Program-made: the position numbers and the translations under genes
Shown here: piece after piece, positions 52,436 to 61,542 of the stretch
Layout of the letters: every line of letters begins with the position of its first letter
Position numbering within the stretch: position 1 is the first letter of the stretch
Notes under the pieces: model-generated
Database searches by the model: none
The model's input: only the letters and a program-made list of their open reading frames with translations
Told to the model about the DNA's origin: nothing
Assembly (NCBI GenBank): GCA_963706595.1
Contig: OY970166.1
Coordinates: forward strand, 1,856,001 to 1,920,000
Length of the DNA stretch: 64,000 bases
From: an uncultured cyanobacterium
Lineage (GTDB): Bacteria > Cyanobacteriota > Cyanobacteriia > Cyanobacteriales > Nostocaceae
Direction of reading: 5' to 3'

Positions 52436-54604
52436 TCAGAGTGATAAAAACTTTTGATGTTCTCCTTTTTCTGCCATAAAAGTCTCTGGAGTTCCTTGTA
52501 AATGGACTTCACCTTTTTCTAACATCACAATCCAATCGGCTCGCTTGACAACGCTGGGGCGATGGGTAATTAAAATCGTAGTTTTGCCTTTGCGGGATGC
52601 TAGAATGGCATCTAAAACGCTAGCTTCACTCACTGGGTCGAGTCCGGCTGTGGCTTCATCTAAAATGAGGACAGGTGGATTAGTCATAATTCCTCTAGCG
52701 ATCGCTAATCTTTGTCTTTGTCCACCAGAGAGATTCGCCCCAAATTCACCCAACACAGTTTGATACTTACTGGGAAGTTGACTGATAAAGCTATCTGCAT
52801 CCGCAATCTCGCAAGCTTTGACAATTTCCTCAAAAGAAATATAGGGCGTTCCTAAACGGAAATTCTCTAAAATCGAGCGACTCCAAAAATGAGGTTCTTG
52901 GGGGACATAAACTATTTGTTGTCGGAGACAATCCAGGGCGATGTCATCGAGGTTAAACGAGCCAATGCGGATATTACCGGAATTTGGCTGATATAAACCT
53001 GCTAAGAGTTTGGCTAAGGTACTTTTACCACAACCAGATTTACCAATCAAGGCGATCGCTTGACCACCGGGTAACTTGAGAGAAAAATCTTCTAACAAGT
53101 CAACTCTACCAGGATGGTGAAATGTCAGATGAGAACAATGAATATCTGCACCGCCGGAAATTTGCGCCACAGGCTTTTGACTACCTCCCACCACCTCCGG
53201 TGTCGCATCAATCACTTCTAAAAGCCGAGAAACTGCTGTTTGAGAGCGAAAATATTCATCGACTAAACCCACTAAGGAATTAATTAAACTCAGAACATTC
53301 ACCTGTAGCACATTAAAAGCCAACATTTGCCCGATACTTAATTCTCCCTGAATCACCAAGATACTTCCTAACCCCAATAAAGCTACAGCACCAATACTCG
53401 AAAGCAGTCGAGAAAGAGTATTGTTAATAATTCCGATTTGTACAGTGCTAAACGTTAGATTAGCTAGACGACCAAAACGACTTTGAAATTCTTCCCAAAA
53501 TTGGGGCGCAGCATTTGTGGTTTTCAGTACCTGTGCGCCCTTAAATGTTTCTACCAACACCCCTTGATTTTCTGCCCCTAACACTAAAAGATTGCGAGTT
53601 TTTTGTTGGAGGATAGGTAAAAAAGGCAGAGTAGATAAAGTCATTAAAGCACTAATTACCAGAACTGCTAATGTGAGTTTCCAACTATAAAACAGCATTA
53701 AGCAGAAAGAAATTACTGCAATGAAAAATTTACTTGGTAAAAGCACGACTATCTGTGATACCAACTGGTTAATATGATTGATATCTCGTAATCGGCTAGT
53801 GATTTCACCACTCCGGCGGGCTTCGTAGTAATTTAAAGGTAACTGGAGCATTTTCCGCCCAAATTCCAAAACAAGCCCTAATTGCAGTCGTTGACCAAAG
53901 TGAGCAATCATTGTTGATTGCAGTAATTGTAAAGTGCTGCTAAATACAGTCATAACTACAACTGCGGCGACGACAACAGTTAGTAGTTGGACATCTCCGC
54001 GCACTAAAACATCATCTGTGAGAATTTGGATAAGTATTGGAGAACCCAAAGCCAGTACACCCAAAGCAATATTCAGCATTAAAACCTGAGTCAGCAAACC
54101 ACGATAAGGCAAAATCCGCTTTAAAAAGCGTCCAAAGCCACCCATTGGTTTGTCTTCGGGCTGATCAGAAAAGCGGTCTGGATCTGGCTCCAGTAAGAGC
54201 ATCACGCCATTCCAAGCGGCTGTTAACTCTTTGCGGTCAACATAACGAATACCCACAGAGGGGTCAGCAATTACATATTTTTTGCCTTGTTGGTTATATA
54301 AAACTACCCAGTGATAACCATGCCAATGGATAATGGCTGGTAACTGTACTTCTTTGATTCTGTCGATAATTTCTGGCGAAGCTTTAACGGCTCTAGCATT
54401 AAAACCCAAATTTTCGGAGCCACGTTTTAGACCTAACAACGTAGTTCCTAGTTGTCCAGTTCCTACAGATTCTCGACTGCGATTAATGCTTAAAAATCGA
54501 CCGTAATGTTTGCTAATTGTTGCCAAACAAGCTGCTCCACAATCTTCTTCGCTTAATTGTGAAACGCACGGATAGTTTTTCTGAAGTTTGATTAAACCAA
54601 ACAT
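52436..54604 (-). CDS. Peptidase C39-containing ABC transporter (PCAT)
   Basis: QLSEEDCGAAC (Cys), YHWVV (His), IADP (Asp); TM domain; GKSGCGKST, LSGGQRQR, ILDEAT, ITHR. Confidence 0.96.
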   Translation of the reverse strand: MFGLIKLQKNYPCVSQLSEEDCGAACLATISKHYGRFLSINRSRESVGTGQLGTTLLGLKRGSENLGFNARAVKASPEIIDRIKEVQLPAIIHWHGYHWVVLYNQQGKKYVIADPSVGIRYVDRKELTAAWNGVMLLLEPDPDRFSDQPEDKPMGGFGRFLKRILPYRGLLTQVLMLNIALGVLALGSPILIQILTDDVLVRGDVQLLTVVVAAVVVMTVFSSTLQLLQSTMIAHFGQRLQLGLVLEFGRKMLQLPLNYYEARRSGEITSRLRDINHINQLVSQIVVLLPSKFFIAVISFCLMLFYSWKLTLAVLVISALMTLSTLPFLPILQQKTRNLLVLGAENQGVLVETFKGAQVLKTTNAAPQFWEEFQSRFGRLANLTFSTVQIGIINNTLSRLLSSIGAVALLGLGSILVIQGELSIGQMLAFNVLQVNVLSLINSLVGLVDEYFRSQTAVSRLLEVIDATPEVVGGSQKPVAQISGGADIHCSHLTFHHPGRVDLLEDFSLKLPGGQAIALIGKSGCGKSTLAKLLAGLYQPNSGNIRIGSFNLDDIALDCLRQQIVYVPQEPHFWSRSILENFRLGTPYISFEEIVKACEIADADSFISQLPSKYQTVLGEFGANLSGGQRQRLAIARGIMTNPPVLILDEATAGLDPVSEASVLDAILASRKGKTTILITHRPSVVKRADWIVMLEKGEVHLQGTPETFMAEKGEHQKFLSL

Positions 54605-54667
54605 AATTTAATTCGTAATTCGTAATTCGTAATTCGTAATGCCCCTTTTCTACGCAATATAGACTTG

Positions 54668-56185
54668 TTAGAAATCTGTGATTAATCTGGCTTTGCGGAG
54701 AATGAAATTAAGTACGGTTTCTTGTCGGGAAATAATATCAGCGCGACCTTTCATTCCTGGTTGTAGCTGACATTGATGATTGTCTGTACCTACATAAGTG
54801 GTTTCGGCTTCTATGGTGGTTTCGTAGCCGACTGTCTGGGTAGCCCCTGGAACACCTGGCTCGGTGCTGTTATTTCCCATTGGGAGGGCATCTGGGGCAA
54901 CATTTTTGACTGTCCCGTGGAGAGTACCGTAGTTGGGATAAGGACAAGCTGAAACCTGCATCTGCACTTTTTGCCCAGGTTTTACTTTGTCGATGTCTTG
55001 AGGCTGGACAAATGCTTTGATCACCATTGGAGTGTTGACGGGCGCAATTTGAGCAATAGCTTGACTTGGTTGTACTACCTGACCAGGATGACGCAGATTT
55101 AATTGCAACAGTGTACCTGTGATTGGCGCTCGAATTACAGTTTGATTCAGGTCAATTCCTACCTGTTGTAGTTCTTTGCGCGATCGCATAGCTTGTTTTT
55201 CCAGTTCTAGACGCTGTTGAAGGAGGGTTTCTCGTTCTCTGTTCAAAGCGGCTAAGGTAGATTTACCACTGGCTTGTTCTTGTTTAATTCGTTCTGAGGC
55301 TATGGTGATAGCTGCGTTATGAGGATTGATATTATTTTGAGCTTTTTCGAGTTTGATTTGGGCAATTTTTAAGGCTTGTTCTTTTTCTGAGAGCAAATCT
55401 TTAGCGTTAGCTTTGGCTTGTTCTAGCTTGGCTTGGGCTGATTTTACTTCCTGTTGTTTTTCCTCCAATAAATTGCGCGAAATTGCTCCGGATGCGACTA
55501 CTGATTGTAAGCGATCGCGTTGCTTTTTTGCTAAATTTAAAGCTAGTTCGGCTTCTTGTACGGTTGCAGTTAATAAGTTATTTTGTTGTAGGCGATCGCG
55601 TTGTAATTTCGCTAAATTCCAAGTAGCTTCGGCTTCGGTCAAATCAGCCATAGTTGTCATTTGCTGGTCTTCATAGTTGCGCTGACTCGCACTGAGTTCG
55701 GCTTGTGCGGCGATTATTGTGCGGTTAAGTAAGGTTCTTTGAGCCGCAATCTGAGTGGCAATATCAGCAATTTGAGCATCAATTTGGCGCAGTTGTAATT
55801 GACTCTGTTCAATACTATTTTCTAGTTGGCTTTTTTGATTTTGCAACCGTGAATCATCAATGTAAGCAATGGGTTCTCCTTGTTTGACTACCTGATTTTC
55901 TTGCACATCTATTTTCTGCACTGTGCCAATTACGGCAGATTGAACTATTCCTAGTTCTCCTTCTGGTCGAATAGTCGCCGGAACTTTGACTGTGACATTA
56001 TAACTAAAAACAGATGTGAGACCAGCCGCCGCCATAAATGTCATTAGCAGAACTCCAGCGCCGATGTTTGTCCATTTACTGATGCGGGGAAGAAACTCGT
56101 GAGGTTCAACTAAACTGAGTTCTTCTGGTGTCGGTTCATTAAACCGATTCCAAAAATTGTTGTCTTGTTGGGGAAAGGAGTTCAC
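54668..56185 (-). CDS. HlyD family membrane-fusion adaptor
   Basis: TM helix, lipoyl-like V.ENQ.V..G, long coiled coil, IRAPITG, YG.L.G.V, LQPGM. Confidence 0.95.
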   Translation of the reverse strand: MNSFPQQDNNFWNRFNEPTPEELSLVEPHEFLPRISKWTNIGAGVLLMTFMAAAGLTSVFSYNVTVKVPATIRPEGELGIVQSAVIGTVQKIDVQENQVVKQGEPIAYIDDSRLQNQKSQLENSIEQSQLQLRQIDAQIADIATQIAAQRTLLNRTIIAAQAELSASQRNYEDQQMTTMADLTEAEATWNLAKLQRDRLQQNNLLTATVQEAELALNLAKKQRDRLQSVVASGAISRNLLEEKQQEVKSAQAKLEQAKANAKDLLSEKEQALKIAQIKLEKAQNNINPHNAAITIASERIKQEQASGKSTLAALNRERETLLQQRLELEKQAMRSRKELQQVGIDLNQTVIRAPITGTLLQLNLRHPGQVVQPSQAIAQIAPVNTPMVIKAFVQPQDIDKVKPGQKVQMQVSACPYPNYGTLHGTVKNVAPDALPMGNNSTEPGVPGATQTVGYETTIEAETTYVGTDNHQCQLQPGMKGRADIISRQETVLNFILRKARLITDF

Positions 56186-56539
56186 TGTACTCTACCTTGG
56201 GTTTGATTGGGAGGGTTTGATTGGGATAAATTAATTGGGTTGCTAACTACATCTTGGGCAAATATTGGGAAAAAAAAGTAAAACGGTAACAGAAGATGCT
56301 AACGGCAGCTAACATCTGGTTTATGATGTTGTATAATTAGGAATGGGGATAAAGAAAGGAGTACACTATGTACGCCAATATCCTTTCTCAAGTATCTAAC
56401 GTGGATAACGCTTAGAAACAACAGAGGAGAATGCTCAAACTTTCTCAAAGTCCTCACTTACGTTGAGCGAGTCATAACTATCTCCTCTCCCCCCTTTTCT
56501 CGGCATTATTTAACAGGTTGACGTTGAAAACAACAGAAA

Positions 56540-56678
56540 AAGTATATGTAGGGCGTGTTACGGCTTTAGCCTAACGCACCGTCTTCTGTGGTCTTGGTGC
56601 GTTACACTTCGTGATAACACACCCTACTGGCTACTGGCGTGACTACGTACATTTCATAAATCAAATATGAGTCCTATA
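56540..56678. mobile_element. MITE/REP composite copy (empty inner site)
   Basis: Shares AAGTATATGTAGGG...GCACCGTCTTCTG and the TIR AATCAAATATGAGTCCTATA with 658-911. Confidence 0.7.
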
Positions 56679-56684
56679 GCAAAA

Positions 56685-56972
56685 TCAACTGTTGAATTGA
56701 TTCAATACTTCAAAGTTGGCAAGAGCCGGAAATTCTGTAGGTTCACTAGATAAAAAACTTGTGGCGTTAGAATTTACATCAGCAAGCTGAGTATTTGATG
56801 CCGAAGAGTTTCCTTCTAGACCAGAATCACTTGATTTTGTAGTATTTGCAGTTCCTTGAGCGAAACTATTGTCTTTGAGTTGATAGTTAACACCACCAAC
56901 CAGTAATTCCTGCTGTTTATCGGATAATTCTAATTCTGCAAACCAATCGGATGTGATGATTTGATGTGACAT
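56685..56972 (-). CDS. Double-glycine-leader secreted peptide P5 (divergent paralog of P6/P7)
   Basis: MSHQIITSDWFAELELSDKQQELLVGG|VNYQLKDNSFAQ...SGLEGNSS... Confidence 0.85.
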   Translation of the reverse strand: MSHQIITSDWFAELELSDKQQELLVGGVNYQLKDNSFAQGTANTTKSSDSGLEGNSSASNTQLADVNSNATSFLSSEPTEFPALANFEVLNQFNS

Positions 56973-57417
56973 AATTATTCGCCTCACTGACAATCAACTC
57001 CAATCTAATTTGGCATGATTGTTAGTCTCACTTACATAATCCTCAAAAAAAGGATTCCAGAAACTGACCTGTGGATGCAGTTTATCCTGAGTATTCGGCT
57101 CAATAATCAAGTTGTGTAAACATTAATCACACACAGAAAGCTCCGGAATCCGTTACAGCACTTCCCGGTGTTATGAGGTACAAAAACCCCACCCCCAACC
57201 CCCTCCCCGCAAGCGATGAGGGGGCTACGATGTACCTTATATAATTGGAAATCGCTGTATTACTGCAATTTTGAGTAACCAGATAATCAACACTTCTGGG
57301 AATCATCAATTATTCAAGTTAGCAATTGCAGATGTCTTTAGTAGTTTGTCAAAGTATTTTTCAGAGTTCGATTACCCATTAATTTCAATTTGACAAACTA
57401 CGAGAGCGGATTGGATA

Positions 57418-57713
57418 TTATTGTCCGTTACCACCGCCACCGTTAAGGACTGGTGCAGCGCCCAAAGCCTCAACGTCAGGAACTGATTCCGCACCCAATC
57501 CCATCAAGTCTTGCGCCGCAGTGTTAATGGCTGTAACGTCACCTGTGGAGTGGCAGTACTACCATCTGGACCTGAATTGGCTGTACCTTGTAAATTTGCT
57601 ATTCTGTTAGCGAAATTGCTCCCAGCTAGCTCAAAGTCAGCCCCGCCAGCTACGAGTTCTTGCTGCTCGTCGGATAATGCAAGACACAATTGTGATACGA
57701 TATTCTCTGTCAT
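57418..57713 (-). CDS. Double-glycine-leader secreted peptide P6 (paralog of P7); 1-nt deletion at ~57551
   Basis: LSDEQQELVAGG|ADFELAGSNF...GPDGS; adding one base restores ...TGDVTAINTAAQDLMGLG...APVLNGGGGNGQ-stop, colinear with P7. Confidence 0.82.
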
Positions 57714-58099
57714 GATTGTTAGCCTCATTGACGTAATTCTTAAACAAAAGATTCCAGATACTCACTTGTTGATCAGCCAAAATAAACTGGCAAGAAAATT
57801 CTGGAATTAAAGCCTACTTTCCACGCTTGAGAACAGGAAACCCAGATTGCTTCATTAGTTCAGCGCCACCATATTTCCTGAAGAAACTCACCAGGGCGAT
57901 CTCTGCAATAGTTGAGTTATTCGAGATCACAATTGTAGTTTTTGGGTAAGGTCAGGAAGACACAATTACACTGCTGATTCGGAGAATAACCCCCATGCAC
58001 CATTTGCTACTGTGATGGATGAAATAATGCTTTAATGTGACAGATCAGCTTTCCGGGTCAACTGTAGAAATGGTTTAGTGGTTTGGCTGGTTGAGTTGA

Positions 58100-58426
58100 T
58101 TAACCTTCGCCTTCACCACCACCACCACCACCACCATTACCACCGCCACCGTTAAGGACTGGTGCAGCGCCCAAAGCGTCAATTGAAGGAACTTCTGCTG
58201 CACCTAATCCCATTAAGTCTTGTGCCGCAGTATTGATAGCGGTAACGTCACCTGTGGAGTTGGCACTACTACCATCTGGACCGGCATTACTTGTGCCTTG
58301 TAAATTGGCACGTCTTTGAGAGAAGTTGCTACCAGCTAGTTCAAAGTCAGCACCGCCAGCTACAAGTTCTTGTTGATCATCAGATAAAGTAACAAACAAT
58401 TCTGATGTAAATATTTGATGTGACAT
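58100..58426 (-). CDS. Double-glycine-leader secreted peptide P7
   Basis: MSHQIFTSELFVTLSDDQQELVAGG|ADFELAGSNFSQRRANLQG..GPDG...poly-Gly tail. Confidence 0.87.
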   Translation of the reverse strand: MSHQIFTSELFVTLSDDQQELVAGGADFELAGSNFSQRRANLQGTSNAGPDGSSANSTGDVTAINTAAQDLMGLGAAEVPSIDALGAAPVLNGGGGNGGGGGGGEGEG

Positions 58427-58796
58427 GATTGTTAGCCTCACTTACGTACATAGGTTGTGACTACCTAAGACCTTAACTATAAGCACTGTTTGTGAGGAAT
58501 TCATAAATCCAGAGGTAGAAATCAATCTTGTATATTTACTCCTGAAAGTAGATATAAAGTCTGATTTTTTTACAGCCAAATTCATACTTTGAGAAAATAA
58601 ATAGACAATATTCCAGGTTTTGCGGCTATGTCATCTAATAATCGAGTTTTCAATTATCTGCTGAGTTTATCCCTTCACAGTAATTTATAAAAACTACAGT
58701 TATTAAAAATACAACGTATTAGACATCTGGTGACAAATAATGTAGAGACGTTCCGTGGAACGTCTCTACAAAGGTTCTGTGATCACGCATATTTTA

Positions 58797-58923
58797 TATA
58801 GTAATCCGTTTTGATTTTTGAACTTACTTGCGTAGGGGGGAGTGGGGAGTGGGGAGTGGGGAGTGGGAAAAAGCCATTTTGAGTTGTACTGAGTTTTTTC
58901 AAAAATCAAATAGGAGTCCTATA
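58797..58923. mobile_element. TA-flanked MITE family copy carrying a GGGGAGT STRR
   Basis: TATAGTAATCCGTTTTGATTTTTGAA...TTCAAAAATCAAATAGGAGTCCTATA. Confidence 0.65.
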
Positions 58924-58983
58924 GATGTCTATGTCACCATTTGTGAGATGGACACTGTTGAGCTTTTGAAAAATCCCTGGTTT

Positions 58984-59697
58984 TTAGAGAGAATGGTGCA
59001 AGAATATGTTAATTAACCAAAATGCCAGTCCTGCACTGCCTAAAGGCACTGTTAAATTATCAATACCTAAAAATGAAATGGCTTCTAAACTGGTAGCTGC
59101 TAAAGCGATCGCCAAAGATACTACCCAAGTTTGCCAAAGGTTTCCTTCTACACTCAGTAATATTCCACTACTGATGATAAAACTGACTAAAGCCATTGTC
59201 AAGGAGCCTTCCCAACTTTTTTGCGCTCCCCAAACTTGATACTTGTGTTGACCAAAACGCTGTCCAATCAATGCGGCTAACCCATCGCCCCAAGCCATCA
59301 CCATGATGCCGATGGCGGCATATTGGGGCTGTTCTATGTGCCAAAACCAAGCCACTAAAATGCCCATGCTGACAGCATAAAAGAAGGTTCCCAAACTTTG
59401 CCTACCAACGCTATTAATACCGGGAAGCAGGGGAAATCGGTATGATAGTAAAGTGATGGCACTGGCGACAATGGAAGCTGTAATGCCTAAACTGGCGGGA
59501 ACATCGAGCCACCAAGCCAGCATGATTACATTCCCAGTGCCAATGTGAACTATTTTCCTGACTATTTCTGGTTCGCCCTGAGCAAAGCGATATACTACCC
59601 AAGCGATGAGGAGAATGAGTGACACCCAAACTGTAACTACGGTAATTTGTAGCCACAAAGGTGGAGTGGAGGTGAAATCGATAGCTGGAGATAACAA
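58984..59697 (-). CDS. Phytol/dolichol (polyprenol) kinase family membrane protein
   Basis: RKIVHIG, WGDGLAALIG..FG, KSWEGS, DNLTVP. Confidence 0.9.
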   Translation of the reverse strand: MLSPAIDFTSTPPLWLQITVVTVWVSLILLIAWVVYRFAQGEPEIVRKIVHIGTGNVIMLAWWLDVPASLGITASIVASAITLLSYRFPLLPGINSVGRQSLGTFFYAVSMGILVAWFWHIEQPQYAAIGIMVMAWGDGLAALIGQRFGQHKYQVWGAQKSWEGSLTMALVSFIISSGILLSVEGNLWQTWVVSLAIALAATSLEAISFLGIDNLTVPLGSAGLAFWLINIFLHHSL

Positions 59698-59760
59698 AGA
59701 AACTACAAGATAGGAATTTTTTACATTTATTACTAATTTATAAGATTTTAGGCGATCGCG

Positions 59761-60048
59761 ATGAAACTATTATTCATTTGGTTGATTAAAGGTTACAGAA
59801 TGTTTATTTCGCCCCTGTTTCCCCCGACTTGTCGCTTTCAACCAACTTGTTCAATGTATGCTATTGAAGCCATTGAGCGATTTGGGATTTGGCGCGGTGG
59901 CTGGATGGCGACTCGGCGGATTTTGCGTTGTCATCCCTTCCATCCTGGTGGATATGATCCAGTTCCAGAGGCGACAAAGCATTGCTGCGATCATCATCTG
60001 CCAAATTCCGGGAAACAGACCACAGAAGACCATCACCAAGGCTCGTAG
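59761..60048 (+). CDS. yidD: Membrane protein insertion efficiency factor YidD
   Basis: [35 protein letters not shown]. Confidence 0.93.
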   Translation: MKLLFIWLIKGYRMFISPLFPPTCRFQPTCSMYAIEAIERFGIWRGGWMATRRILRCHPFHPGGYDPVPEATKHCCDHHLPNSGKQTTEDHHQGS

Positions 60049-60111
60049 TGAGGACTTTAGTCCTCTCCATACTCATTATTGATATTGAAAAAGTATATTC
60101 ATATACTTTCA

Positions 60112-60690
60112 CTATCCCTTATCTCTAGGTAAAATCATTTTAAATCCTCCTTTATTGAGATTCGCAAAATAAAGTTCCACCTCAATATCGGGATAGCGAT
60201 CGCGAATTGACCAATAAGCGCGATGCAAATAATCTGTATGTACTTGCAATTCTTGCTCTGGATCTTTACTTAAATTAGGGTCAATCATGGTTGCATAAGC
60301 CCCACAATCTTGGTGATCAATCACAATCACCTTCTTAATCTGATGTAGTCGATAAGATATATCTAGCTGATCCCAAAATGCTTCCGCATCAGATGGGTGA
60401 GGGAATCCGGCTACAGCTAAAGAAGCACCGGCTAAAGCTGTCCAATCATACTCCCCATCAAATTGTTTTTTCCTTAAAAAGTAGCGCTCTGCGGTCAAAA
60501 ACCGAAAGTCAATACAACTGAGAACTAAAGCTTTAGCTTGACGAATTTCGGCTTGAGCAGGTGCTGCTGATTGCAGGATAGTAAAAGCTACTGCTCCGGG
60601 AAGCAGAGATTTGAGAAAATGACGACGATTAGCCAAGGGATGGCAACAAAGACATTCACCAGTCTGCGATTGATTGATAGGTTTGTTCAT
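60112..60690 (-). CDS. Tat-exported beta-carbonic anhydrase-like protein
   Basis: RRHFLK Tat motif plus AQA cleavage site; CIDFR and HQDCG zinc ligands. Confidence 0.8.
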   Translation of the reverse strand: MNKPINQSQTGECLCCHPLANRRHFLKSLLPGAVAFTILQSAAPAQAEIRQAKALVLSCIDFRFLTAERYFLRKKQFDGEYDWTALAGASLAVAGFPHPSDAEAFWDQLDISYRLHQIKKVIVIDHQDCGAYATMIDPNLSKDPEQELQVHTDYLHRAYWSIRDRYPDIEVELYFANLNKGGFKMILPRDKG

Positions 60691-60792
60691 CTTTTATTAA
60701 TAGAGTTTGTGCTGAAAGCTTCACCCTATAACTTTAATACCAACAAGGTGTGATTACCCTGTTGTTGTAGAACTTTTGCTCATTTGCTCTTA

Positions 60793-60965
60793 GAGGGTGT
60801 TTGAAAAGTTTTGGGCGAATATAATTCGCTACTACACAGGCCAAGTCCACCTCCGTGGACTAATGAAAAATTAAGGTTTTTAACCCGCGTAGGCGGGTTT
60901 TGTCTGTATAGCCGCGACTTCTAGTCGCCAGGGCTAATAATAAATTAGACTTTTCAAACAACCTC
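60793..60965. mobile_element. 173-bp MITE with IS5/IS1031-like ends and TTA target duplication
   Basis: TTA|GAGGGTGTTTGAAAAGT...ACTTTTCAAACAACCTC|TTA; no ORF. Confidence 0.7.
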
Positions 60966-61078
60966 TTACTGTTTGATTAGCAGCGTCGCATCTAGGGCTT
61001 GCAGCCCCACTTCTAGAATCGGCTGTGGAAATGCGCCTAATCTAATACCAATTATTTGTGAGGCTGCATATTATTTCG

Positions 61079-61116
61079 ACCCCACCCCTAACCCCTCCCC
61101 GCAAGCGAGGAGGGGA
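61079..61116. repeat. Dispersed ACCCCACCCC(C/T)AACCCCTC... repeat
   Basis: Related copies at ~5672, ~20081, ~57187. Confidence 0.7.
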
Positions 61117-61221
61117 ACTGGATTTCTGATTAAATTCTATTTATGCAGCTTTATATTAAATTGGTATAACCTAGTAAATATTATAATAGATATAAACATT
61201 ATCTAAAAGTAAGAAGTAATA

Positions 61222-61536
61222 ATGACAACTCAAGCAGAAATAATCAATCAATTAAAAGCTCTTGAAGCACTTTCTCAACAAGGAGGATATAGTGATATCT
61301 TGGCTTCATCACTCAGAAAGATTATCAATCAAGAAAGAGAAAATATTCAACAGCAAATTAAAGAATTAGAAAATGACTTACAAGCATTTGAACAACAGTA
61401 TCAATTATCATCGGCAGATTTTTATCAACAATTTAAAACAGGTCAATTAGGAGATGAAGCAGATTTTGTGGAATGGAGTGCTTTTTATCAAATGTGGTCT
61501 GATTTAGAAGCTCGTTTAATGTTACTGCAATCTTAA
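61222..61536 (+). CDS. Putative antitoxin (TumA-like)
   Basis: L..FEQQY.LSS.DFY..F..G.LGD..DFVEW motif; directly upstream of a DUF6516-like gene. Confidence 0.7.
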   Translation: MTTQAEIINQLKALEALSQQGGYSDILASSLRKIINQERENIQQQIKELENDLQAFEQQYQLSSADFYQQFKTGQLGDEADFVEWSAFYQMWSDLEARLMLLQS

Positions 61537-61542
61537 TTGAAT

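Noticed and set aside
57142..57147. TCCGGA (DIF1 heterocyst-promoter motif) upstream of P5
   Set aside because: A single 6-mer with no convincing -10 spacing and not conserved before the other precursors
50416..58426. Lanthipeptide, cyanobactin, microviridin or Nif11-type RiPP cluster
   Set aside because: Cores lack Cys, leaders are short GG-type, and no modifying enzyme is encoded in or next to the locus (trans-acting enzymes cannot be excluded)
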